IMG/VR virus record: IMGVR_UViG_3300007623_000006 | Coordinates: 1 to 64,000 of that record | Source: a virus | Direction: 5' to 3' (one strand) | DNA: 64,000 nucleotides | Part shown: piece after piece, positions 47,239-57,949 of the stretch | Numbering within the stretch: the stretch's first letter is position 1 | How the letters are laid out: every line of letters starts with the position of its first letter | Made by a program: the position numbers and the translations under genes | The notes under the pieces: model-generated | Told to the model about the DNA's origin: nothing | Databases searched by the model: none | What the model saw: only the letters and a program-made list of their open reading frames with translations

Positions 47239-48363
47239 ATGACTATAATCAACCCAGATAAAATTATTTTACTAGGTGATTTACACTTTGGTAAAAATAA
47301 GTTTTCACACCAAACACTTGACTCACAGATGAGATTTTTTGATGAGCAATTGTTTCCTTATATGGAAAATGAAGGGTGTGACACTATTATTCAAGTAGGT
47401 GATGTATTTGACAATAGAATTGTAATAGATATAGAATACTTACAATTAATACTTAAGAGATTTTTTGATAAACTTAAAGAAAAAAATATAACATTTATTT
47501 GTATTGTTGGTAACCATGATATATATCATAAAACTAGTAGAGAGTACACTATATTAAGTGTAATTGATAGATTATATGATAATGTTACTGTTATAAATGA
47601 TAGAAAAGAAATTCTTATAAATGATAAAAGATGTTATTTTGTTCCTTGGATATTACCAGATGAAACCTTAACTAGTGATGAGTTAACAGGAATGAATTAT
47701 GTATTTGGCCACTTTGAGATTAGAAACTTTGAAATGACTAAAGGTCATATAGATGAGCATTCTATGTTAAGTCCTGAATTTTTTAAGAAAAAAAGAAACT
47801 TAAAAAAAGTATACAGTGGACACTATCATATTAAAAGTGATAAAGAAAAAATCACATACCTAGGTACACCTTATTGGTTAGATTGGGGTGACTATGCTAC
47901 TACTAGAGGATTTTATGTATTAGATAAAGATTTTAATGAGTCATATGTTGAAAATGAAAAAAGTACTAGATTTATTAAACTTAAGTACAGTGATAGTCAA
48001 GAGAAGCCATTAGATATAACAGGTCTTTATTATAAAAAAACTGTGACTATAGACAGTGATGATATTGAAACGGTTGCACCTGCTTTAAAAGGACATAAAC
48101 TTAAATTGTTTATTAATGAGAGTTCTGATAATAAACATGAAGAGTATATCTATATGTTAAAACAGCAAGGACTAGACTTTGAAATTACAAATAATGTAGA
48201 GATAAGTAATATTATTGGTGAAAGTTATATTGAAGATATTGAGGATAGTACAATGACTATACCATCAACATCTAAAGGTCTTATCACTGAAACAATTAAA
48301 AAGAAACATCCAACATTAGTACCATTAGTGGAAGAGTTGTTTAGAGAGATTGAGGAAGTTTAA
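47239..48363 (+). CDS. Recombination endonuclease subunit gp47 (Mre11-like)
   Basis: GDLHFG, GDVFDNR, GNHD, GHFE, SGHYH. Confidence 0.92.
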   Translation: MTIINPDKIILLGDLHFGKNKFSHQTLDSQMRFFDEQLFPYMENEGCDTIIQVGDVFDNRIVIDIEYLQLILKRFFDKLKEKNITFICIVGNHDIYHKTSREYTILSVIDRLYDNVTVINDRKEILINDKRCYFVPWILPDETLTSDELTGMNYVFGHFEIRNFEMTKGHIDEHSMLSPEFFKKKRNLKKVYSGHYHIKSDKEKITYLGTPYWLDWGDYATTRGFYVLDKDFNESYVENEKSTRFIKLKYSDSQEKPLDITGLYYKKTVTIDSDDIETVAPALKGHKLKLFINESSDNKHEEYIYMLKQQGLDFEITNNVEISNIIGESYIEDIEDSTMTIPSTSKGLITETIKKKHPTLVPLVEELFREIEEV

Positions 48364-50117
48364 TGAAAATAGATTTTTTAACTATTGAGTTTAAGAATGT
48401 TTTAAGTTATGGAAATACACCTACAACATTTGAGTTTAAAGATGGTATTGATTTAATTAATGCTAAAAATGGTGCTGGTAAGAGTTCTTTTATTGATGCT
48501 CTTACTTATGGGTTGTATGGTAAGGCTTTTAGAAAAATTAAGTTAGGTTCACTTATTAACCACCATAATAATAAAGAAATGTTAGTTAAAGTGACATTTC
48601 AAGTAGAAAATATGGGATACTTTCAAGTAGTAAGAGGAATGAAACCTGCAGTATTTAAAGTGTTTCATAATAAAAAGAATTGTGATTTTGAGGATAAACA
48701 TCTTTTACCTGAAAAGGCAACAACTAGTGAATATCAGAGTATGTTAGAAGATGAAATTCTACATATGAGTGAAAATGTATATAGACAGTTAATTGTATTA
48801 GGTGCAAATATTTCAACTAGTAAGAATTTTATGGACTTAAGTGCTAAAGAAAAAGAAGAAGTTTTCCAAATTATTACTGATACAAGTATATTTAATGATT
48901 TAAGAAGTATACTAAAGAAAAAAATATCTGTTGTTAATACCTATATATATGAACATGAATACAAAGTAAGTATTCTTAATAATACTTTAGAAACTGAAGA
49001 AAGAAATATTGCATCACTTGAGCAACAAAATGAAGTTATAAAACACGATAAAAATAGAATACTAACTGAATTGGAGACTGAACTAGAAGATAGAAGGTCA
49101 AAGGTACCTGAGTATGAAAGAGCAGTTGAAAAGTTAAAAGAGTTAAAAGAACTTTACGAACAAGAAAAACTTGAGTTACAAGAAAAAGAAAAATGTTACA
49201 GTGATTTATTAACACAACAAAGAGCTTTAAGCGATGAAATACATCATATTGAAAGAGCAAAAGCAGGTGTAGTTGTATGTGATGAATGTGATAATCACAT
49301 TAATTTAACAGAAATTGACATATCACCGGAAAGAGAGTCAAAAGTTAATGAAGATTATGTTATAATTACTCAAAGAATAAAAGAAAAAGAGCAATATATT
49401 TCGGAGATAAAAGAATCAAGTTCAGTAAAATATGAAAAGTTATTAAATTCTAAAAGAATAATTCAAAACCAAAAAGAAAATTTGGACAGAATAGATGCTA
49501 TTATATCTGATATTGAAACTAAAAAGCAATGGAAAGAGTTGGATATTGACTATTCATCAATTAATAAACTAAAAGATGAATTAGAAGAAGAAAAACAAGA
49601 GATATTATCTCTTAAAGAAAAAGTAAATCAATACAACACACTTTCTACTATTGTTGGTGATGATGAATTAAAGGGTTATACTTTAAATCAACAAATACCA
49701 GTATTAAACAGATATATAAATCAATTTATTGAAAGATTTAATGCGTTTGATTATAACTTTGTTATTGATACTAACTTCAAAGAAAGAATTATATCAAGAA
49801 ATGAAGAAAAGGAATTTAATGCTATGAGTAATGGACAGAAACAAAGATTTACATTCTCTATATTATTTGCATTCTTAAAATTAGTTGAGGAAAAAAATGG
49901 TATTACTACAAACTTGTTAATACTAGATGAGGTATTAGACAGTTCGAGTGATACTGAGGGTAAATTTGAGTTGATTAAAATTTTAACTGATGATTTTTCT
50001 AAGTCAAAAAATGTTATAATTATATCACATAACCCTGATATTGTTCAAAATGTAGAAGAGTTTAACAGAATAATTCAAGTTGAGCATGATAATTATTCAA
50101 AAATGATAGTGGAGTAG
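48363..50117 (+). CDS. Recombination ATPase gp46 (Rad50-like)
   Basis: NGAGKS, CDEC Zn hook, MSNGQKQR, LILDEVLD, IISH. Confidence 0.93.
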   Translation: MKIDFLTIEFKNVLSYGNTPTTFEFKDGIDLINAKNGAGKSSFIDALTYGLYGKAFRKIKLGSLINHHNNKEMLVKVTFQVENMGYFQVVRGMKPAVFKVFHNKKNCDFEDKHLLPEKATTSEYQSMLEDEILHMSENVYRQLIVLGANISTSKNFMDLSAKEKEEVFQIITDTSIFNDLRSILKKKISVVNTYIYEHEYKVSILNNTLETEERNIASLEQQNEVIKHDKNRILTELETELEDRRSKVPEYERAVEKLKELKELYEQEKLELQEKEKCYSDLLTQQRALSDEIHHIERAKAGVVVCDECDNHINLTEIDISPERESKVNEDYVIITQRIKEKEQYISEIKESSSVKYEKLLNSKRIIQNQKENLDRIDAIISDIETKKQWKELDIDYSSINKLKDELEEEKQEILSLKEKVNQYNTLSTIVGDDELKGYTLNQQIPVLNRYINQFIERFNAFDYNFVIDTNFKERIISRNEEKEFNAMSNGQKQRFTFSILFAFLKLVEEKNGITTNLLILDEVLDSSSDTEGKFELIKILTDDFSKSKNVIIISHNPDIVQNVEEFNRIIQVEHDNYSKMIVE

Positions 50118-50120
50118 ATA

Positions 50121-50375
50121 ATGGCGGAAAGAGCACCTGATGATTTTAATGAGGTTTTAGATGGTATACATAGACTTAAGCAACATAAAGACATGACTTG
50201 GATGGACTCTATTTTAGAGTTCTGTGAGTTGAATGATTATAGAGTTGAGGATGTTGGTTTTATGTTAAAAGAAAATAAAAATTTTTTAAAAATTTTAGAA
50301 GATGATTTTAAAAGAAATAAACATATCAGAGGGTATGTTGAAGAAAAAATATCATTTTTAGAAGATTGGATTTAA
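50121..50375 (+). CDS. Late transcription co-activator gp33-like
   Basis: MTWMDSILEFCE.N....EDV pattern. Confidence 0.65.
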   Translation: MAERAPDDFNEVLDGIHRLKQHKDMTWMDSILEFCELNDYRVEDVGFMLKENKNFLKILEDDFKRNKHIRGYVEEKISFLEDWI

Positions 50376-50376
50376 T

Positions 50377-50961
50377 ATGTTACAGTTTAATGAGCAATAT
50401 AATGTCTTGCACGGTATTTATATAACATTTACTAATAATTCTAATCATAGAATCTTAGTATCTAAACACAAAGCAGCAGCAAGAGATAAAGTGAAGTCTA
50501 TATATCCTTATAGAAGATATGAGTCATGGACAAAGGAAAACTTAATACTTTTAGGTCTTAGTATTATGTTAGAACAAAAACCTAGTTCTTTTCAAGGAAT
50601 GTTACAAGAACTTATATCTGAAGATACCGATGAAAAAGTTAAGCGTTTTAAGGATATAATTATGAACTATAAAAGTTATATCACAGAAGATGTTAACATG
50701 ATTATTGAAAACTATGGTGAAAAGCCGTCATTTGATGATATGTTTAAACTTTATACAGACAAAAAGATTAAATTTTATACACTTTGGTGGTATTTAAAGT
50801 TTACAGGTGCTGACATAGACAAAATTTGTACTATGAGAGTTAAAGGTAATATTATAAAAAGAATAAAACAAATGTCGTTATTTTTGACATTTAAAGAAAG
50901 TAATTTAATAAAAATAAAAGAAATGTTAAATGAAAAGTTAGATTTAAGTACAGATTTATAG
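50377..50961 (+). CDS. Hypothetical protein (possibly gp59 helicase-loader-like)
   Basis: Size and position after gp33; weak similarity only. Confidence 0.4.
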   Translation: MLQFNEQYNVLHGIYITFTNNSNHRILVSKHKAAARDKVKSIYPYRRYESWTKENLILLGLSIMLEQKPSSFQGMLQELISEDTDEKVKRFKDIIMNYKSYITEDVNMIIENYGEKPSFDDMFKLYTDKKIKFYTLWWYLKFTGADIDKICTMRVKGNIIKRIKQMSLFLTFKESNLIKIKEMLNEKLDLSTDL

Positions 50962-50971
50962 GAGAAAGATA

Positions 50972-51934
50972 GTGAAAATTGTAGATAATAAACATTATAT
51001 TTGGGCAGAGAAATATAGACCACAGTGTATTGAGGATTTAATTATCCCTGATAGTATGAAAAAGCAACTGTTAGACTGGATTAAAGATGGTGAAATACCT
51101 AACTTAGGTATTTGGGGTAACACACCAGGACTAGGTAAAACATCACTAACTACTGCGTTAACTAAAGAAATAGGTGCTTCTGTACTTTGGAAAAATGCAT
51201 CAGGTGAAGGTGGAATTGAAATGATGAGAGAAGAGATTCCTCCATTTGCATCGACTGTATCTATGGACGGTAGACCTAAAATTGTTGTACTTGATGAAGC
51301 AGATAACTTAACTGCTGTACAAAATGGTGCACAATATAACTTAAGAGGTTCAATTGAAAAGTATGCTAAAAACTGTAGATTTATTCTTACAGGTAACTAT
51401 AAAGAAAAAGTTATTAAACCTATTTTAAATAGATTAAGTAATTTTGACTTTGATGAAATTTTCGCTAATCATAAAAAAGAGTTAGGTGCTTCTATTTACC
51501 AAAGACTATCTTGGATTTTAGATAATGAAAACATTGAGTATGAAAAGGGTGATGTACAAAAAGTACTAAAAAACTTCTACCCTTCAATTAGAGAAATGAC
51601 TATGTTTATGCAAAAGTCTGTAGTTGATGGTAAACTTGTTATTGATAGTAAGTATATTGAAATTGATAAGTTAAAAGAAGAAGTTATGGCTACAATTAAA
51701 GCAAAAGATTTTAAAGCGATGATGAAAGCGACTAATGACTTAACAGACCCTAGTTCTTTACTTACATATATTCATAAACATATGGAAGATTATTTTCCAG
51801 ATGAAAGTGTACCAAGAGTAATATTACTATTATCTGATTATATGGATTTAGCAAGTAGATGTAGAGATGAGCATATTAATATCGCTGCATTTTGTACAAA
51901 AATGATGATGGATATGAACATTAAATTTAAATAA
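50972..51934 (+). CDS. Clamp loader large subunit gp44
   Basis: WAEKYRP, PGLGKTS, LDEAD, CRFILT.N. Confidence 0.93.
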   Translation: MKIVDNKHYIWAEKYRPQCIEDLIIPDSMKKQLLDWIKDGEIPNLGIWGNTPGLGKTSLTTALTKEIGASVLWKNASGEGGIEMMREEIPPFASTVSMDGRPKIVVLDEADNLTAVQNGAQYNLRGSIEKYAKNCRFILTGNYKEKVIKPILNRLSNFDFDEIFANHKKELGASIYQRLSWILDNENIEYEKGDVQKVLKNFYPSIREMTMFMQKSVVDGKLVIDSKYIEIDKLKEEVMATIKAKDFKAMMKATNDLTDPSSLLTYIHKHMEDYFPDESVPRVILLLSDYMDLASRCRDEHINIAAFCTKMMMDMNIKFK

Positions 51935-51938
51935 AAGG

Positions 51939-53132
51939 TTGATTATGGGTAATTCAAAAATTAATATGGTTTGTGACAGTTATGTATCTCTTGAAGATGC
52001 AATGTTACAAAACTATATCGCAGATAGTTATTCTTTTCCGATTGTTAATGTAGCAATTAAAGATGAAAAGTTTGACGATTTTGTATCTGATTTAAAACAA
52101 AAGTTTTCAGATATTGTTGTTAGTGCTATAGATATAAGTACAACATCTAAGTTTGTATATGTTGAAAACAAAGAAAAGTTTTTTATGGAACTTGTATGGG
52201 ATTATAAGAATAAATCTTATAGTGTTAATATTTATGGTAAAACATACGATTACTCAAATGATGTGTGGCAAATCGTTAAACAATATGAGCCAGGTGGAAG
52301 TGGTATATTTTTAGAAGTTGATAACTACACAATGTCTGATAATGGTGCTTTAAATATAAGAAAAGATTTTAAAGAACTTGGTGATATATATGATGCGTCA
52401 GATGATTATTACCCTTACTTAGATACTGATATGTTATTTAAAAAGTTTGCACTAAGTTCTGAAAATATACTATTACTTGTTGGGCAACCTGGTGTAGGTA
52501 AAACTAAGTTAGTTGCATTGTATGAAAAATATATGTTTAAATACCCTGAATTATTTAATGTAAATAAAGATTTAATGTCAGAAGAGTCTTATTTTAAAAT
52601 TGCTTATGTTAAAAATGAAGATATTTTAGCAAAAGATTCATTTTGGGAAGATTTAAATAAAAATAATTATAATCTTATTTTCTTAGATGATGCAGATAAT
52701 TGCCTATTACCAAGAGATAGTGAAGTGTATACAACTGAAGATGCAAACAGAAAGAAATTTATTTCACAACTATTATCTTTTACTGATGGGATTTCAGAGA
52801 GTAGTACAAAACTTATAATTACTACAAACAGAAGTGTTGATAATATTGATGTTGCTGTATTAAGAAGAGGAAGAACATTTGATATTTTAGAGTTACAACC
52901 TTTATCACACGATGAAGCATTACTTATTTGGGAAAAGGCTGAGTTAGAATCTGATGAATTTAACGAGTTATTTAAGGATAAACATGATATAATACCAAGT
53001 GAATTAGGTGCAGAAATTTCAATTAGAAAGAAAATGAGTGAAAATGGTGATGAAATTGGTGAATACTTAAAAAGAGATGGTATATCATTAATACATTCAT
53101 TTAGAAACAGAAAAAGAAGTATAGGATTATAA
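51939..53132 (+). CDS. AAA+ ATPase
   Basis: GQPGVGKT, FLDDAD, LLSFTDG, ITTN, D.AVLRRGR. Confidence 0.8.
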   Translation: MIMGNSKINMVCDSYVSLEDAMLQNYIADSYSFPIVNVAIKDEKFDDFVSDLKQKFSDIVVSAIDISTTSKFVYVENKEKFFMELVWDYKNKSYSVNIYGKTYDYSNDVWQIVKQYEPGGSGIFLEVDNYTMSDNGALNIRKDFKELGDIYDASDDYYPYLDTDMLFKKFALSSENILLLVGQPGVGKTKLVALYEKYMFKYPELFNVNKDLMSEESYFKIAYVKNEDILAKDSFWEDLNKNNYNLIFLDDADNCLLPRDSEVYTTEDANRKKFISQLLSFTDGISESSTKLIITTNRSVDNIDVAVLRRGRTFDILELQPLSHDEALLIWEKAELESDEFNELFKDKHDIIPSELGAEISIRKKMSENGDEIGEYLKRDGISLIHSFRNRKRSIGL

Positions 53133-53133
53133 A

Positions 53134-53610
53134 ATGATGGACGATTGGGGATTGGGTGTTAAACAGACAACAGTCGAAGAAAAAGTAAAATTAGAAGCAG
53201 AGGAAATTAAAGTAGAGAAAAAATCTCAAGAGCATAATGTGTTTCACATTATTTCCTCTGCTGTAGATAGAAAGTTTGTTCCTAGAGAGGAAGAATATGA
53301 TAAGATTCCACCTTATTTATTTTTAAGATACTTTGCCAATGACCCAAACGGACTTATTATTGTAAGTGAGTTAAATGTAAGAAAAAACATACCTAAAAAA
53401 TGGGAATATTGGTTTATGAGACTTATGATGCCAAAGAGTACTAGATTTATTAGATTTAATAAAAAAGAAAAGTTTGACGATGAACAGTTTTTAGAAAATC
53501 TTAAACATTACTACAAATGCAATGAAAGACAAGCATTAGAATACTTAAAACTTTTACCTGAAAGTGAAGTTAACCGAATAAAAAATATTTATAAGCACGG
53601 TTCTATGTAA
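53134..53610 (+). CDS. Clamp loader small subunit gp62-like
   Basis: L..YYKCNERQALEYLKLL motif; near gp44. Confidence 0.7.
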   Translation: MMDDWGLGVKQTTVEEKVKLEAEEIKVEKKSQEHNVFHIISSAVDRKFVPREEEYDKIPPYLFLRYFANDPNGLIIVSELNVRKNIPKKWEYWFMRLMMPKSTRFIRFNKKEKFDDEQFLENLKHYYKCNERQALEYLKLLPESEVNRIKNIYKHGSM

Positions 53611-53653
53611 ACTCAGTCTCTATAAATACATTAAATTATTACAAAGAAGATTT

Positions 53654-54592
53654 ATGGAGACTTTCAAACCTATCATATCAATAACTCACAACGACCTAGA
53701 TGGGTTAGGTTGTCAACTAGTTTTAAAGTGGGTTCACCAAGATGTACACTATCATTCTACATCATATAATACATTATTAAACACACTTATAGAACTTGAA
53801 GATTTATTAAAATACGATAGAAGTAAAACACTTATAGTAATAAGTGATTTGTCAGTAAAAGATGACGAAGCAAAAGTATTAAAACGGATTGTTACTGATA
53901 ATCCTGAAGTAAAGTTTATATATGCTGACCATCACTTAAGAACAACTGAAATGACAATTTTTTTAAAAAAATTACCAAAAAACTTTATAGATTTATATAA
54001 CACAAAAATGTGTTCCGCTAGTATACTGTATTATTATTATAATATACAAATGCCAAAATTAAAAGAGAATATTGATAAAATTAATGCATATGATATGTGG
54101 TTAACAGAATCTAGATTTTTTAAAGATGGTTTAGTGTTAAACGAAATATATGAGTCTTTAGGACACAATAATTTTTTTAATTCTATATCAAACTACGGTA
54201 ACTTAACAGAAACAATTACAAGAAAAATTAATAAAACAAATACCAAGATAGAGAATTTTATTAATCAAATAGATTCAAACTCATTCATTTATTATGATGA
54301 TTTAATAGTAGTTGCGCAGATAGATAAGTATAAGTCAATATTACAATATTATTTAAGTCGACCTATAAGTATAATTATAAGTTCAAATTTTAATTTTAGT
54401 ATTAGACTATCAAATGAACTCAAAGACATTGAAGTAGAAAAATATACTCAATTATTTTTTGAATACTTTAAAGAAAATAATATAGAGTATTATTATGCTC
54501 ATAGGCAAGTTTTCGGGTTTAATTCAACTAACTACAATATATTAGAGGATTTTGATACATTTTTATCATTTATTTCATCAAAAATTAACTAA
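53654..54592 (+). CDS. DHH-family phosphoesterase
   Basis: THNDLDG, ISDL, ADHH, CSA, YDMW; late promoter TATAAATA 53621-53628. Confidence 0.8.
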   Translation: METFKPIISITHNDLDGLGCQLVLKWVHQDVHYHSTSYNTLLNTLIELEDLLKYDRSKTLIVISDLSVKDDEAKVLKRIVTDNPEVKFIYADHHLRTTEMTIFLKKLPKNFIDLYNTKMCSASILYYYYNIQMPKLKENIDKINAYDMWLTESRFFKDGLVLNEIYESLGHNNFFNSISNYGNLTETITRKINKTNTKIENFINQIDSNSFIYYDDLIVVAQIDKYKSILQYYLSRPISIIISSNFNFSIRLSNELKDIEVEKYTQLFFEYFKENNIEYYYAHRQVFGFNSTNYNILEDFDTFLSFISSKIN

Positions 54593-54606
54593 AAAATCGT
54601 TATAAT
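54585..54606 (+). promoter_or_regulatory. Early promoter variant TTAACT-N10-TATAAT
   Basis: Consensus spacing upstream of gp41. Confidence 0.6.
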
Positions 54607-54634
54607 ACTATTACTACTCAACAAAAGGATATAA

Positions 54635-56038
54635 ATGCAAGATATAATTCTTAGGAATTTATTAGATGATAACGACTACTACAGAAAAGTTTTTCCATAT
54701 TTAACAAGAAAACATTTCCAAAGTATTGAAGCACAAGAGTTGTTTGAACTAATTAAATCTTATTCTACTGAATTTAGCCAGAAACCTAATAAAAAAGAGT
54801 TAGGTTTATTGATTAAAAATAACTCTAAACTTGGGGACAAAGTAAAGGAAGGTGTACTAACATTTTATAAACAAGTGTTAACAGACGATAAAGTAGATAA
54901 TAAAGAATTTCTTATCCAAGAAACTGAAAAATATATTCAGAAAGTTGAAATGACAGATGCAGTGTTAAAATCTGCTTATATGATTCAAAAAGGTGATGGT
55001 GAATTTGAAAAAGTTTTAGGGTTTGTTAGTGATGCACTAAAAGTTAGATTTGATACTGACATTGGTATGAATTATAATGAATCGTTAGAACATAGACTTG
55101 AGTATTATCACAAGAAAAACTTTGGTCTTACAAGTGGTATGGAAAGTATTGATAAAATATTAGGTGGTGGATTTAAACCTAAAACGCTTAATGTACTAGG
55201 TGCTCCATCTCATGTTGGTAAGTCAATGGGTCTTATATCGGTTGCTGCTGCACTTGCATTAAAGAAAAAGAAAGTACTGTTTATTCCACTTGAGATGAGT
55301 GAAGAAGAGATAGGTAAAAGAATGGATAGTAATATTCTTGATGTTAACTCAAATGAGATTAAGGATTTATCACTAGAAGTTTTTAGAGAAAAATTTAATT
55401 CAATTAAAGAATACTTAGGTGATACTATTATTAAAGAGTTTCCTGCTGGTGTACTAAACTCGTTCAAAATTGAAGGTTTACTTGACGATTTGGCAATGAA
55501 TGAATCTTTTATACCTGATATTATTGTTATTGACTACTTAACACTTATGAGTTCAAGTAGAGTAACAATGGCACAGGCAGGTGGTGGGTATGCTTTCTAC
55601 AAAGCAATTGCTGAAGAGTTACACGCCTTATCAAAAAAATACAATGTACCTGTTTTAACAGCTGCACAGTTAAATAGAAGTGCTTATGGAAATAAGGAAG
55701 CAGGTTTAGAAACTATTGCTGATTCGCTTGGTATTGTACAAACAGCAGATGTGTTTGTTGCTATGATTACAGATGATGTGTTAAAAGAAAATGGTAGAAT
55801 GTATTGGAAGTTCCTAAAGAACAGAAATACTGGTATGTTAAAAAGTCAACTGGTTGGTATTGATTATACTAGAGCAAGATTTTATGATGTGGAAGAGGAT
55901 ACTGAGGCTGCCGCTAATATCACAAGTAGTTTTACAAATCCAACAGAAACAAATGTAGGGTTAGACACATTAAGTAATAAAGGTCAAGAAAATAGTCTAG
56001 ACTTTAGTGTATTAAATTTTGGAGGTTCAAATGGTTGA
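54635..56038 (+). CDS. Replicative helicase gp41 (DnaB-like)
   Basis: APSHVGKS, LEMSEE, IKEFP, VIDYL, IAEEL, TAAQLNR, LKNR. Confidence 0.93.
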   Translation: MQDIILRNLLDDNDYYRKVFPYLTRKHFQSIEAQELFELIKSYSTEFSQKPNKKELGLLIKNNSKLGDKVKEGVLTFYKQVLTDDKVDNKEFLIQETEKYIQKVEMTDAVLKSAYMIQKGDGEFEKVLGFVSDALKVRFDTDIGMNYNESLEHRLEYYHKKNFGLTSGMESIDKILGGGFKPKTLNVLGAPSHVGKSMGLISVAAALALKKKKVLFIPLEMSEEEIGKRMDSNILDVNSNEIKDLSLEVFREKFNSIKEYLGDTIIKEFPAGVLNSFKIEGLLDDLAMNESFIPDIIVIDYLTLMSSSRVTMAQAGGGYAFYKAIAEELHALSKKYNVPVLTAAQLNRSAYGNKEAGLETIADSLGIVQTADVFVAMITDDVLKENGRMYWKFLKNRNTGMLKSQLVGIDYTRARFYDVEEDTEAAANITSSFTNPTETNVGLDTLSNKGQENSLDFSVLNFGGSNG

Positions 56039-56465
56039 TTTTGATGTAGAGTTTGACGAGCAGTGTCTTTTGTGTTTATATGATAATGATAGAATTTATT
56101 ATACAATTGTTCAGAGGGAACCTGAGTTAAGACATACTGGAGTGAGTGTTATCAGAAGAATTTTAAATAATAAACATAAGTTTATAGGAGACTTTTATGC
56201 AACTCAAGGTCATTTTAGTATTGTTTACATTGATGATGAAAATATTAAGATGAATAAAGAATTTGCAGGTGCAGACAGAAACGAACTTACATTAAATGAG
56301 TTAGACGAATATTTAACTGAAGATATATTTAATTACATATATGTATATGATGTTGCTAGAGACTGTATAATTATTAAAGAACCAAATCAAGATTTATATA
56401 CTTTAGATTTCCACAATAGAGAAGATGTTGAAAAATTTATTAACGAAATAACTAATTATAAATAA
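56019..56465 (+). CDS. Hypothetical protein (start may be ATG 56031)
   Basis: GGAGG SD precedes the internal ATG. Confidence 0.6.
   Translation: MEVQMVDFDVEFDEQCLLCLYDNDRIYYTIVQREPELRHTGVSVIRRILNNKHKFIGDFYATQGHFSIVYIDDENIKMNKEFAGADRNELTLNELDEYLTEDIFNYIYVYDVARDCIIIKEPNQDLYTLDFHNREDVEKFINEITNYK
56457..56464 (+). promoter_or_regulatory. T4 late promoter
   Basis: TATAAATA heading the structural-like gene run. Confidence 0.65.
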
Positions 56466-56492
56466 TACAGTAAGAAAAATTAGGAGTAGTTA

Positions 56493-57056
56493 ATGGACGC
56501 TATACCAGTATCACAAATTGATTTAAAAGGACTTGACATAGATGCTTATAGAACATCTGTTTCAGGTAACGCTTATATATCAGGTGGTGCTTTACTTGAC
56601 TTAACAACAGGTAGAGCATATGTAGTTAAAGAGCAGGTAGTAGATTTACCTAACTTAGGTTTAAACTACATATATTATGACATTTCACAAGAAAAATATG
56701 AAGTATCTGATATGTTATTAAAGAATCTTGGAAACAGAAAACTATTGTTTATTATTAATAAAAGAGAAAATGGTTCATTAGATTCTATAATCAACGCAAC
56801 TGATATTAAAAATAGAGACCTTACACTTCCTAATATTTCAGACCAAGTTTATTCAACTGATACAGAATATAAACTAACAATTGTTGGTGATACTGTAACT
56901 GTTAACAACCACGACATTAAGAGAGTTGAAGAGTTTTATATTCATGGAGTAGGGGTAGTTTTATCAAAGTCTATTTTAGCAGTTCAAGGAAAGCAAATTA
57001 TATTAGACGGTGACGAAATGGATGGTAAACTTTGTGATGTATCTTATTTTTGGTAA
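56493..57056 (+). CDS. Hypothetical late (virion-like) protein
   Basis: Late promoter, AGGAG SD, beta-rich. Confidence 0.6.
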   Translation: MDAIPVSQIDLKGLDIDAYRTSVSGNAYISGGALLDLTTGRAYVVKEQVVDLPNLGLNYIYYDISQEKYEVSDMLLKNLGNRKLLFIINKRENGSLDSIINATDIKNRDLTLPNISDQVYSTDTEYKLTIVGDTVTVNNHDIKRVEEFYIHGVGVVLSKSILAVQGKQIILDGDEMDGKLCDVSYFW

Positions 57057-57102
57057 TTAATAAATATAATAAACTTAATAAAAAATTATAGAGGAAAAAG
57101 AT

Positions 57103-57855
57103 ATGGCTATAGAAACACAACAAATATCAGCTGACAATGTCGTAGAAACCGACCTTAGGGTATTTGCACACCCTGACGACTTAGGTAAGTTAGATTTATT
57201 ACAAATCACTGCACCTACAGATATAGATTATTTACTAAACAAGGTAGATAGTATTCAAAACCCAATACAAGATATGGGAGAATTTGACCCGACAATTGAT
57301 GGTATGTTCCCTGAAGGTGCTATGTCAGGTTGGTTGTACAGAGTTGCAAATGATGGTGATATAGGTTCTATGTCTCTATCAGCAGGTGACACAATTTTCG
57401 CTATTGCAGATGTAGTAGATAGAACTGACCCTAGCCTATGGGTAAAAATTGATAATACAGAAGGTAACGATATCCTTAGAACTAATGATATTGATACTGA
57501 CCCAACAATGCTTAATGCAACAGATGAAACAATTGGTTCTGCTTTAGCTGTTAAGTCATATGTTGACACTATGGTTATGGACTTAAACACTACTTTAATG
57601 ACAGAAATTGAAGCAGCTGGACAGTCTAGTACATCTGCAATCAAAGTAACTGATTGGGTGGATATAGTTGAAGATGGAACAGACTCACTTATGGTGATGA
57701 TTGAGCCACCTGCAGGTATTGTAAGAATTTACATTGAAGCATGGGGAGATATAGTTGACGGATGGACAATTACACCAGGTATTCCAGAAGTTAGATTTAC
57801 TGATGATGTTGAGCACATTGGTAAAAGAGTAAAAATCACTTATCTAGTAAACTAA
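57103..57855 (+). CDS. Acidic virion/tail-fibre-associated protein
   Basis: G..YRV...G......AGD....W.KIDNT and SALAVKSYVD motifs common in phage fibre proteins. Confidence 0.55.
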   Translation: MAIETQQISADNVVETDLRVFAHPDDLGKLDLLQITAPTDIDYLLNKVDSIQNPIQDMGEFDPTIDGMFPEGAMSGWLYRVANDGDIGSMSLSAGDTIFAIADVVDRTDPSLWVKIDNTEGNDILRTNDIDTDPTMLNATDETIGSALAVKSYVDTMVMDLNTTLMTEIEAAGQSSTSAIKVTDWVDIVEDGTDSLMVMIEPPAGIVRIYIEAWGDIVDGWTITPGIPEVRFTDDVEHIGKRVKITYLVN

Positions 57856-57949
57856 TTAATTTTAGTTTACTGATATAACCTTTACCCTACTTTATGTAGG
57901 AGATATTTTTAATTTACCCTCTTAATGAGGAGTCCTTAGAAGGTTAATA

